A DNA stretch of 39,119 bases from the NCBI RefSeq assembly GCF_004010195.1, contig NW_025214402.1:1-39119 (forward strand), read 5' to 3'. The translations under genes and the position numbers were made by a program. Every line of letters starts with the position of its first letter. Positions within the stretch are counted from its first letter, which is position 1. The notes beneath the pieces are model-generated. The model did not search any database. It was not told where the DNA came from and saw only the letters and a list, made by a program, of their open reading frames with translations. Source of the stretch: Chiloscyllium plagiosum (taxonomy: Eukaryota). Below are positions 12,550 to 22,974 of this stretch, in pieces.

Positions 12550-13360
12550 CACCTCTTGAATTTTTGTTCTCGTCTGTGAAGACAAGACGACAAACACAAT
12601 CAGAAACACACACACTTCCCAGCCCACGTGGGAGACATGAATGACGCACGCGTAGTTTCGGCAATCACGTCCTGGGATGCGCCGACAGCGCATGCGTCAG
12701 GCCGTCGAAGGGGCGGCAGGCAACGCATGCGCAACGCCGGCAACCCTCCGCCACACACGAGCTTGAGGCGCATGCGCCTGGACGTTAGGTCGGGTGGCGC
12801 ACGCATGCGCAGCGGGCTCGGTCGAGCTGCAAACCAACCGCCGCCGCCGATGTGGGAGAGGGGGAGGGGACGAAAACCGCCTCGGAGTTACGTCAGGAGC
12901 AGGCCGCATTTTTTTCAGCAGTACAGCTATCTCTCGGTCCTCACTTACACACACATACACACAAACAACAGACAACTCTAAACTTCCGGTCGCTCGCAGT
13001 TTTTGCACTGACGAAATCCATTCGCTGGATTAACTCACCCTGTGGTTAAGCGGCGCCTCGAACTCGGCCTCTTTCTGTCTTTTCCTCCCTCTGTGCCTGG
13101 CCCTGCCCCGGGTTCGGGTGATGATTTTATTTGGTTTAGAATTTGGTGCCGTGCGCCGCCGATGCCGTGATTCCATCCATCTTGAATTTGACGTCATCCC
13201 ACACTCGGGATGAGGTCACTCCATGGAGCGCTCGTCACGGACGCCGTCTCATGATTGGCTGGGCTTGCGGGTGGGTGGGACTGAATCCGTCATGTCCGGT
13301 CAAGCCCGTCAATCATCGGCAATGGGCCTGCTCTGTGCTCTTAAAGGCAACCCAGTCTCA
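12550..13360. promoter_or_regulatory. CpG island / housekeeping-type promoter and first-intron regulatory region
   Basis: Abrupt GC- and CpG-rich island in a CpG-depleted background. NRF1-type CGCATGCG at ~12689, 12724, 12769, 12802; E-box CACGTG 12625-12630; TTACGTCA 12888-12895; ETS ACTTCCGGT 12982-12990; YY1-like CCATCTTG 13177-13184; CRE TGACGTCA 13189-13196; CCAAT (minus) 13254-13258. Confidence 0.9.
13039..13190 (-). other. Candidate first exon of the minus-strand gene (5' boundary approximate)
   Basis: Minus-strand donor CACAGG|GTGAGT at 13039/13038, downstream of the CRE, CCAAT and YY1-like motifs. Confidence 0.6.
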
Positions 13361-13611
13361 TTTCTTTGTATTTCGATCCAGTGACATTAATTTATATTTC
13401 TCTTTCTGATTACCGGTGCTCTTAGTATATACGCAAACAGACGGCATTTTGTCTGGTTTGCCACCCAATAGGAACATATTTCTTTCAAATCAACCTGTTC
13501 AGAGATGTAACAATGCAGACGTTGGAACAGGAGCAGGACATTCAACGCTGAGAACCTGTTCTACCCTTCAGTGAGATTTTGGCTGATCCATAGCCCAACT
13601 CTGTATACCTG

Positions 13612-13822
13612 AAAATTGTAAGTTTGCTTGCTGAGCTGGCAGGTTTGCTGCTTTCGGAAGTTACATTACCATGCTAGGTAACACCATCAATGAGCCTCTG
13701 GTGAAGTGCTGGTGTTCTGTCCCACTGATGATGTTATCTAGCATGGTGACAGAATGCCTGATAACCTGCCAGTTCAGCGAGCAAACTACAACCTGAAAGT
13801 CAAGCTGAGCTACGAATCTCAA
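13612..13822. mobile_element. Mini fold-back Penelope-end element with hammerhead remnant, inserted in a CR1 3' tail
   Basis: GTTTGCTTGCTGAGCTGGCAGGTT..CCATGCTAGGTAACACCATCA is inverted against CTGATGATGTTATCTAGCATGG..AACCTGCCAGTTCAGCGAGCAAAC; related to 1471-2118. Confidence 0.7.
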
Positions 13823-14983
13823 AAATCCATACACCTGACTTCAACCCATATCCCTTAATGTCTTAACAAAAAATGGAAAAGCCCTGTGCATATACAGGAT
13901 CTGTTCAGATGAGAAATGCGATGGATACTGAAAGATTTTGAAGGAACCTCTCATAAGATTGGCATAAGATGCTCAACTCATTGATTGCCAGTTCCCAATG
14001 TGCCACAGTGAAAAACCACAACAACCTCCTCAGAAGACAGCCACAGGATACGACTGATAGAGTGAGAAAGTATGCCATGTTCTTCACAGCCTTCAACATG
14101 TAATTGATGATGACGAGCATCTCGCCAAACTCGTCTCTACATTCAAACAATCGCTAAACCTTAAACAGACCATCGTTCACAGCAAACTACACAGCCTTCA
14201 GGACAACACAGGCCACAACACCACGTGACCCGACCACAGCAACCACTGCAAGATATGCCAGATCATTGACATGGATACGTGGGAACACCACATGGCAGAT
14301 ACTCACGTGACTTGGTAACATTGTCTATCTCTTATGCTGAAGGTAAGGATGCCCCAAGGCACGGTATATTGGCAAGACCATGTAGATGCTATGGCAATGA
14401 ATGAATGGACACTGTGCAACAATTGCCAGACAAGGTTGTTCCTCCCAGTCGGGGAACAGGTCAGCAGTCAAGGACATTCAGCCCCTGACCTTTGGGTAGC
14501 CGTCCTCCAAATCTTCAAGATATACAACAATGCAGAATGGTTGAGCAGAAACTGATAGCCAAGTTCCATACCCATGAAGATGGCCTCAACTGTGATCTTG
14601 GGTTCATGTCATGCTACATGTGATCCCACCACACTTCTGTATCTGTAAAATCTTCCTTACTGCCCTGTTGTGACACCATCATCGTGATAAATTGTTATGA
14701 AATCTCAACCTTAATGAGTTTGTACAGTTTTGGATTACTTATTACTTTGATTGGACCCTTGGCATGCAACTCTTATACCTATTATGTCATTGCAATAATT
14801 TGGTTTGTTTGCAGCACCACCTTATTTTTAGTTTCTGTAATTATCTCTGCCTTGTTTAGTTAGATTAGAGGTCATCCCTTTGCTTGTTATTCAGCTGTTC
14901 ACACTTTACTCACACCACTTGACACTCTTAATTTCTTGCAGAGACGTATTATTTGGCCTGCCGACACTCCCACTCACACCATT

Positions 14984-15847
14984 TGTGATAGGGAATGAAA
15001 TCTTATGCCGGTCGTTTAACAAAATCGTCGGGAGTTGAGACCTTAAGTATTAACAAACTTTGTTCATGGCCTGGGAAGTACACCTTCCTTAAGAGAAATC
15101 TGATGTAGTCCAACAAAATACAGATTGCCACAGGTTATATAGTATATCATAAGCACACTGACAGTTAATTACACAACCTGGGGCAGTCATAAGGTTACCA
15201 AAGGGCAATGGTCAGTTAGTGCAAGTGCTACATACATATAGCAAGACTACATTTCTCAAATCAGTAAATGAATGTTATCTTCTACTGCAGGTTCACACTG
15301 GGCAGAAACAGATAATTAGTACAATAGACAATTCATCATTTATGAGGAGAAAGTGAGGAATGCAGATGCTGAAGATCAGAGTTGAGAGTGTGGTGCTGAA
15401 AAGCACAGCAGGTCAGGGAGCATCCAAGGAGCAGGACATTCGATGTTTCAGGTATAAGCCCTTCATCAGGAGCGAGGCTTGTGAGCCAAGAGGGTAGAGA
15501 GATAAATGGGATAAATCCCCCTGGCTCACAAACCTCATTCCTGATGAAGGGCTTATTCCAGAAACGTTGATTCTCCTGCTCCTCGGATGCTCCCTGACCT
15601 GCTGTGCTTTTCCAATACCACACTCTCGACTCCAGTTCATCACTTATGACCGCAGAACTGGTCTGGGGCTGGAGGAGCTAATGTAAACTTGCAATTACAT
15701 GGTCATTTCTTGAAAAAATCAAATTCCATAGCTTATTTGAGAATACATCTTAAAATATCATAAAATATTCATTGTGTTAGCAGTCTGTGACAAAATGGCT
15801 TCTTCATGATTTTATGTCAAGGCTTGGGCAAGGCGTTTTCTTCCACA
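14984..15847 (-). mobile_element. Putative solo LTR
   Basis: Insert interrupts the Penelope tail; termini TGTGA...CCACA; ATT(T) on both flanks; minus-strand TATATAA (~15135-15141) upstream of a polyA-like AACAAA. Confidence 0.45.
15346..15635. mobile_element. 290-bp palindromic non-autonomous Penelope-derived element with a hammerhead motif in each arm
   Basis: ~110-bp inverted arms; 14-bp TSD TTCATCATTTATGA (15332-15345) / TTCATCACTTATGA (15636-15649); CTGATGA-AGGGCTTAT..-GAAAC on both strands. Confidence 0.8.
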
Positions 15848-15926
15848 ATTTGTATGATCTTCTGATCTTTTAGCCCATTGATCTGTCTCTGTCTTAAATT
15901 CTGTGCCTGTGTACCTCTCTGTCACT

Positions 15927-15962
15927 TTACCTGACGAAGGGCAATGCTCTGAAAGCTTGTAA
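15927..15962 (+). ncRNA. Minimal (Penelope-type) hammerhead ribozyme motif with intact core
   Basis: UUAC-CUGACGA-AGGGC/AAU/GCUCU-GAA-AGCU-U-GUAA: 4-bp stem I, 5-bp stem II, palindromic AGCU stem III, CUU cleavage triplet. Confidence 0.65.
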
Positions 15963-16133
15963 TTTTAAATAAACCTGTTGGACTGTAACCTGGTGTCACT
16001 GACTTCCAGCCTTGTCAAAAAAAAATCCACTTCAAATTCACTTGAAATGATCTAACATCCACTGCTGTTTACAATGCAGGTCTGGAGCAGGTGGAGCCTG
16101 AACCCATGCCTCATGGCTCAGAGGTAAGGATCT

Positions 16134-16258
16134 CCAAAGTTAAAAATCACACAATACCAGGCTATAGTCCAACAGATTTATTTGGAAGCACTAGCTTTTG
16201 GAGCGCTGCTCCTTCATCAGGTTGTTGTGGAGTATAAGATCCTAAGACACAGAATCTT
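16134..16258 (-). mobile_element. Short Penelope 3'-terminal insert with a decayed hammerhead
   Basis: Reverse complement of the 35600-35720 end; hammerhead GAAA changed to AAAA; flanked by GTAAGGATCT (16124-16133) / GTAGGGATCT (16259-16268). Confidence 0.75.
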
Positions 16259-17267
16259 GTAGGGATCTACAACTTCTTCAGGGATGTTATGACACATGTG
16301 ATTAGAACCCGAGCCTCTTGGCTCACTTACCACTGCACTATGAGAGTTCTCTGCAATCTCATCACAGCTGATCATCCAACTCAGTAGTCACTAAACCCGA
16401 AAAGTCCACTCAGTTTTCTCGCCTTACAGATGCTGCCAGACCTGCTGAGTTTCTCCAGCAATTTATGTTTTTTTTAATATGTTTCAGACCTCCAGCATCT
16501 GCAGTTCTTTGTTTTATTTTATTACTTTATTCCTGCTTTGTCCCCATGCCCTTTGATCCCTTTGTGGCGAAGAACTCTAACTCCTTCTTGGAAACATTTA
16601 ATGTTTTGGCCTCAACCAATTTCTGTGGCAGAGAATTCCACAGACTTACCACTCTATGGTTGAAGAAATTTTTATCTCCGTACCAAATGGCATACCCCAT
16701 ATACTTAGATCTGCCCTATCATCAGTGGTTCCTGCAATGGACTTTTTCAAGGCCCTTAGATTTTAAAATATCATTCATGGGATGTGGGGATGTCACCATT
16801 GGGGCCAGTATTTGTTGCTCTGGAGGAAATGATGGTGAGCCGCCTCCTTGAACTGCTGCATTCCATGTGCTGTAGTTAGATCCCAAAGAACCTGAGAGGA
16901 AACTCTATTCCTCCTGTAAGTTTCTTGGGATCCCTCTCCAACCCATTCCATTCCTATTGCAGTAGTGTGTGAATGCATCATATCAGGATATGCTGGGGCC
17001 TGACAATAAGATACCAATAGTTTGTCAAGGCACATTCAAGTTATAAACATTATTTTTTGAGTGAAGGAGTACCAACAAATTTTGAGGTCATACTTGATCT
17101 AAAGTCAACACTGGGAGAGAAAAGTGAGATATGAATTCTGGACTGGGAAAGGAGGTGTAAGAGAGAAGCAAAAATAAGAGCATAAGAAATAGGGGCAGAA
17201 AGCAGGCCATTTGTTCCCTTGATCCAGTTCTGCCATTCAAAACTATCTGACTGTGCCCCCCAGATTT

Positions 17268-17611
17268 GGGCCGCAAAATGGCTCAGTGGTTAGCACTGCT
17301 GCCTGTAAATGCAAGAGACTTGCATTTGATTCTAGCCTTGCGTGACTGTTTGTATAGAGCCTGCACATCCCCCCTGTGTCTGTGGATTTCCTCTGGGTGC
17401 TCTGGTTTCCTCTGGGTGCTCTGGTTTCCTCCTTCAATCCAAAGATGTGCACGTTAGGTAGATTGGTCGTGCTAAATTGTCTAGGCATGTTTAGGTTAGG
17501 TATGGGAAAAGCGGCGTTAAGGGGATGTGTCTGGGTGGGATGCTCTTCAGAGGGTTGGTGTGGACTTGATGGACTGAATGGCCTGCTTCCACACTGTAGG
17601 GTTTCTATGAT
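17268..17611 (+). mobile_element. Divergent HE1-type SINE with an internal 19-bp tandem duplication, inside a minus CR1 remnant (~17175-17990)
   Basis: TGGCTCAGTGGTTAGCACTGCTGCC head; TTTCCTCTGGGTGCTCTGG x2 (17387-17424); CR1-type tail. Confidence 0.85.
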
Positions 17612-18985
17612 ACGAGCTCCAATTTTCTGCCCGATCCCCTTCTCATACCTGCTCCACTCTATAACCCTTGATTCCTGCATTGATGAAAATATTTCAAACA
17701 GAATTCCAGAGATTTACAACGTCTCTGATGTGAAAAATATCTCCCATGAACTGGAGGGAAACATTCACTCCATATCTACCCTATCAAATCCCCTCAGAAT
17801 GCTGTTTGTTTCAGTATGATCATCATTTATTCTTCCAAACTCCAGTAAATACCAGCTGAGCCTGCTCCACCTTTCTTTACAAGAATCATCTCAGACCCTT
17901 CTCTGAAACATTTCCAAGGACAATTATATATGATCTTAAATAAAGAGTTTAGGAGACAATGCTCCAGGTGCAGTTTCACCAATTACCTGTACAGTTGTGA
18001 ATATTCATGTATTTGTGATAATAGGTTAGGATTGGAAGGTTCATACTGGCAAGAATTATATCCTTTAACATTCCAACCATTGTCAATTGGTAGTTCATTT
18101 CAAGCACCTATGCTACATGCAATTACATTTTTACAACAATTACAGGAGTATCACTGATTAATCAAAAAAAATGCTGAATACATGTAATCCAGTAGATTAC
18201 CTGAAGAGACAACTGTCCAATACCAGTAGCCTATGTACTGATGTCAAAAGCTATTTGATGAGTAACGTATGCCTGCTGACATCACACTAAGCAAACTGGG
18301 ATGATTTCATTATTTAAAACCTTTTAAATTAATGAGAAATTAAGTCCAAGTAGGCTTGTCGTTTTGGGCAGTGCACTTAAAACTGGGAATGGAGAAGTAC
18401 ATTTATAAGCCTTGAGCAAAATTAGAGATAAGAAGAATTTCCTCCACTCCTGAGAAACAAAGATAGCAGATTTGTGGCAAAAATTCAATTAATTTTGGGT
18501 CAGTTAAAAACAGAATTTGAGCCACAGTTGTTGAGAATGTGTGTTTATAGAGGCATTAACTGATCCATGTGATTAGAGTGGAGTTGGGAAGGAAGAGAAG
18601 CCAAGGCAAGTGGGTAGATACAATGACAGAAGTGAACTTGAATGGATTGTGGATCCAATCAGCTAAATGTTGGTCACAATGTCATTATTTTCCTTTCAAT
18701 ATTTGTATTTAAAAATAATGTAAACAAGCATGGATGCTGGAGATCTGAAGCAAACAAAAAATAGAAATTGCTGGAGAAGTTCAGCACATCTGACAGCATC
18801 TGTGGAGAGAAGCAGAGTTAACATTTAGTGACCCTTCTTCAGAACTATATTTATATTTTTAAGTTGGGGTTGCTGTGGAACCAGGATTTGAGGTCTGATT
18901 GTTAACTTATTCCTTGATTATATTTATTGACTATTTGAATAACTAGTAACTATTGTCACCATATCAGAAGGTAACAGAAATTTAT

Positions 18986-19281
18986 GGGCAGCACAGTGGC
19001 ACAGTGGTTAGCACTGCTGCCTCACAGCACCAGAGACCCGGGTTCGCTTCCCGCCTCAGGCAACTGACTGTGTGGAGTTTGCACATTCTCCCCGTGTCTG
19101 CGTGGGTTTCCTCCGGGTGCTCCGGTTTCCTCCCACAGTCCAAAAATGTGCAGGTTAGGTGAATTGACCATGCTAAAATTGCCTGTAGTGTTAGGTGTAG
19201 GGGAATGGGTCTGGTGGGTGCGCTTCAGCGGGTCGGTGCAGACTTGTTGGGCCGAAGGGCCTGTAATCTAATCTAATCTAA
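18986..19281 (+). mobile_element. HE1 SINE
   Basis: Full head, V-domain and (TAATC)n tail. Confidence 0.93.
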
Positions 19282-19653
19282 AGTCTTCCACCAGAGACAG
19301 TGATACTAATTGTAGTCCTGCAATACCAGTATCTTGTCTGCCATTAATTAAGTAGACAAGAACTACCGATCAACTTTCAAAAGGAGAGGGTTAAACTTCC
19401 TGTTCCTCAGATAGAATTGAAATATATGGGCAATACATCAAAATGATGTGGAGCCTGTACAGAGTAGATGGGGAGAAACTGTTCCTACTGCCAGAAGCAT
19501 CAATCAGAGGACATCAACTGAGGACAAATGCCTGAGGATGTAATGACAGTAGACTTAATCATAACTATCAAGTGGAATTGAATGTGTTTGTGGGGAAATG
19601 TTCCAGAGTTATAGGAAACAAAATGTGTGTGTGTGTATGTGTGTAGCTGATTT

Positions 19654-19962
19654 TCATAGAATCCCTATAGTGTGGAAACAGGCCATTTGGCCCAACCAGT
19701 CCACACCAGCCCTCTGAAAAGTAACCCACCCAGAACCATTCCACTTCACATTCCTGAACACTATAGGCAATTTAGTATGGCTAATTCACCTAACCTGCAC
19801 ATCTTTGGACTGTAGGAGGAAACTGGAGCACACAGAGGAAACCCACACATATATGGGGAGAATGTGCAAACTCCACACAGACAGTTGCCAAAGACTGGAA
19901 TTGAACCCGAGTCCCTGGCACTGTGAGGCACCAGTGAGAACTATTGAGTCACCATGGCTCCC
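19654..19962 (-). mobile_element. HE1-type SINE
   Basis: Reverse complement of the head and V-domain (..GTGCAAACTCCACACAG..TTGAACCC..). Confidence 0.88.
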
Positions 19963-20214
19963 ATCATCTTTCTCACTGGAACTTTACAGTCATGATTGAC
20001 TAGCCTCATTTTGTACCATCCAATGATTCAATATTGACATCAGGCCTATAGAGCATTAATAAAGGTTCCAGGTTCTCTTCGGACTGTCCCTTCATCAAAC
20101 TTTTCTCAAATTCTTCTCTAAATCCAACTATCTCACTTTCTTAACTCCGACCTATTAGCCTAAGAACATGGTTATCCCTTCTCAATCTCCCATTTGGTTC
20201 AATTTCTCTTTTCC

Positions 20215-20418
20215 AATAGGATTGGTGTTGAGTCCTCTGTTGTTTGTTATTTACATAAATGCTTTAGAAGAGAATATAGGAGGTATGGTTAGTAAATTTG
20301 TAAATGACACCAAAATTGGTGGTATAATGAACAGTGAAGAATGTTATTTATGAGTATAATGGGATCTTGGCCAATTACAGTCAATGATTGGGCCCTTGGG
20401 AGTCTTGTTGAAATGAGA
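20215..20418 (+). mobile_element. CR1 RT fragment
   Basis: GLVLSPLLFVIYINALEENIGGMVSKFVNDTKIGG. Confidence 0.8.
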
Positions 20419-20419
20419 G

Positions 20420-22112
20420 GCAACATCCTGGTAAATCTCTTCGGAACCCTCTCCAGCTTAATAATATCCTTCATGTAACAGGGTGACCAGAACTGAACAC
20501 AATAATCCAGAAGAGGCTCACCAAAGTCCTGTATAATCTCAATTTAATGTCCCAACTCCTAAACTCAAATATCTGAGCAATGAAGGCAAGCGTGCTAAAT
20601 GCCTTCTTAACCACCGTATCTATATGTAATACAAACTTCAAAGAATGTTGTACTTGAATTTTGGTCTCTCTGTTCAACAACATTGCCCAAGGCCTACTTT
20701 TAATTGTATAAGTCCTGTCCTTGTTTTTTAACAAAATGTAATACCTTGCATTTATCCAAACTAAAGTCCATTTGCCACTCCTCAGTCCATTGACCCAGTT
20801 GATCAAGATCTCTTTGTAATAATAGATAACCTTCTTCACTGTCCACTGTACCGCAAATTTTTCTGTCATTCACAAACTCACTAACCATGCCTTGAATACT
20901 CTCATCTAAATCATTTATGTAGATGATAAACAAAAGTGGATCCAGCACCGATCCCTGTGGAACACCGCTGGTAATAGGCTTCCAGTCCAAGGAACAACTA
21001 CCACCACTCTCTGCCTCCTGCTGTTAAGCCAATTTTATATCCAATTTGTAAGCTCACTCTGAATCCCATGTGGATTAGTGGAACCATGTGGAACCTTGTC
21101 AAAGGCTTCACTAAAATCCAGTAAATAACGTCTATCGCTCTGTCCTCCTCAAACTTCATGGTTACTTCCTCAAAAAACTTAATTAAATTTGTGAGACACG
21201 ATTTCCATCGCACAAAACCATGTTGACTATCCCTAAACATTCCTTGCTTCTTCAAATGGGGGATGCAATGGCCTCGTGGTATTATTGCTAGACTGTTAAT
21301 TCAGAGATTCAGGTAATATTCCCACCATGGCAGAATTTGACTTCAACAAAAATCGGGAATTAATGGTGTAATGATGACCATGAATCCATTGTCGATTTTT
21401 GGAAAACCCTACCTGGTTCACTAGCATCCTTTAAGGAAGGAAACTGCCATCCTTACCAGGTCTACCTTTATGTGACTCCAGACCCACAGTAATGGGGTTG
21501 ACTCTTAACTGCCCTCCGGGCAATTAGGGATAGACAATAAATGTTGACCTACCCAGCAACATCCTCATCCCATGAGCTAATTTTAAAAAATGCATAAAAA
21601 TCCTCTCTTTCAGAATCACCTGCAACAGCTTACCCACCACTGAAATCAAACTCACAGGTATATAGTTCCCAAGCTTCTCTTTACATCCCTTCTTAAACAA
21701 ATACACATTACCTACGCTCCAGTCATCCGGCACCTCCCCCATTGTTGTAGATGATACAAATATTTCTGCAAGGGGCCTTGCAATCTCCTCCCTAACTCCC
21801 CACAACCTCCTAAATCAGGTCTGGTGATTTATCCACCTTCATATTTTCTAAAACCTCCAGCACTTCCTCTTCCTGTTTTCAAAACATTAATATTTATTTC
21901 CCTAAGTTCTCTTGCCTCCATTTTTTTCTCTGTAGTAAAACTGATGCAAAATATTCATTTAATACCTCTCCCATCTCATGAGGTTCAACAAAAAGACAAC
22001 CTCTTTGATCTTTAAAACGCCCCACTTTGTCTTTCTAATTGCTCTCTTGCTCTTAATGTACTTGTAGAATCTCTTAGGATTATCCTTAACTTTAATTGCC
22101 AAGGCTATCTCT
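20420..22112 (-). mobile_element. CR1 LINE ORF2 RT region (pseudogenised), interrupted by a SINE at 21259-21587
   Basis: DNPKRFYKYIKSKR; GEVPDDW..FKKG.KEK.GNY.PVSLISVVGKLL; SQHGFVR.KSCLTNLIKFFEEVT; TSGVPQGSVLDPLLFIIYINDLD; LERVPKRFTRMLP. Confidence 0.92.
21259..21587 (+). mobile_element. tRNA-derived SINE with a CR1-clade LINE-like 3' tail
   Basis: GCAATGGCCTCGTGGTATTATTGCTAGACT head; AAATG duplicated at 21254-21258 and 21588-21592; tail GGGCAATTAGGGATAGACAATAAATG..CATCCCATGA. Confidence 0.8.
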
Positions 22113-22488
22113 GGGTGAGACAGGAGATTGCAAGAGAGTTGGAGAGAAATGGGGGAGACAGAAGAGGACAGGAGTAGCTGGAGTAGTTGCAAGATGGGTG
22201 GAAGACAGTGAGATCGAGAGGGTTAGCAGATTGAGGGAGGCTGTGTGTTTTGCAGGGGGTCGGATGGGAAGAGACATAGAGAGACAAGCTATAACCAAGG
22301 GAGAACAGACACCATGAAAACCTGAATTCACTGCGCAATGAATATTTTCAAATGAATGTTGCCAAAACTGAATGAGAAGACTGAACCAATAATCGTATCC
22401 CACTGTTCCACAAGCTATCACAAAATCTGCAACATGCCAACAAGAGCACCAAAGTGACTGAACTGTCCAGCTGACTGATACTCAGGGA

Positions 22489-22715
22489 AAAAGTGAGGAC
22501 TGCAGATGCTGGAGATCAGAGCTGAAAAATGTGTTGCTGGAAAAGCACAGCAGGTCAGGCAGCATCCAAGGAGCAGGAGAATCGACATTTCGGGCATAAG
22601 CCCTTCTTCAGGAATGAGGACGGTGTGTCAAGCAGGCTAAGATGAAAGGTAGGGAGGAGGGACTTGGGGAAGGGGCATTGGGAATGCGATAGGTGGAAGG
22701 AGATTAAGGTGAGGG
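22489..22715 (-). mobile_element. Penelope 3'-end-derived short element with a hammerhead motif (22580-22615)
   Basis: 13-bp TSD TGATACTCAGGGA (22476-22488 / 22716-22728); minus strand CUGAAGA-A-GGGC/UUAU/GCCC-GAAA-UG-UC; same family as 15346-15635. Confidence 0.8.
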
Positions 22716-22974
22716 TGATACTCAGGGACAAAAGCAAATTGACATCAATTTAACAGCATAAGATATTGGAGTAGAAGTAGGCTATTCCGCTGATCAAATC
22801 TGCTCAGCCATTCAGTGAGTTCATGGCTAATTTGAAAATTGGTAGTAACTGCCTGGTTAGAATATTGCAGCCTTTGATTGATGTAATGAAAATGCATTGG
22901 GTGTGACCCCAACAAACTGGAAGACATGTTCAGAGTGATCGTTTTTTCTTTATGTAGAAGTGCAGAAATTTACC

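Larger units (their letters stand above)
13940..16012 (+). mobile_element. Degenerate Penelope-like element 3' part (RT C-terminus/GIY-YIG plus tail), interrupted by an LTR-like insert at 14984-15847
   Basis: Homologous to 24250-24990 (..TGCAAGATATGCCAG..TTGTCTATCTC..GGTATATTGG..GGGTTCATGTCA); ends with a hammerhead and AATAAACCTGTTGGACT like the other Penelope ends. Confidence 0.8.

Noticed and set aside
12490..13409. Overlapping Arg/Pro-rich ORFs on both strands
   Set aside because: Expected by-product of the GC-rich CpG island; no domain signature
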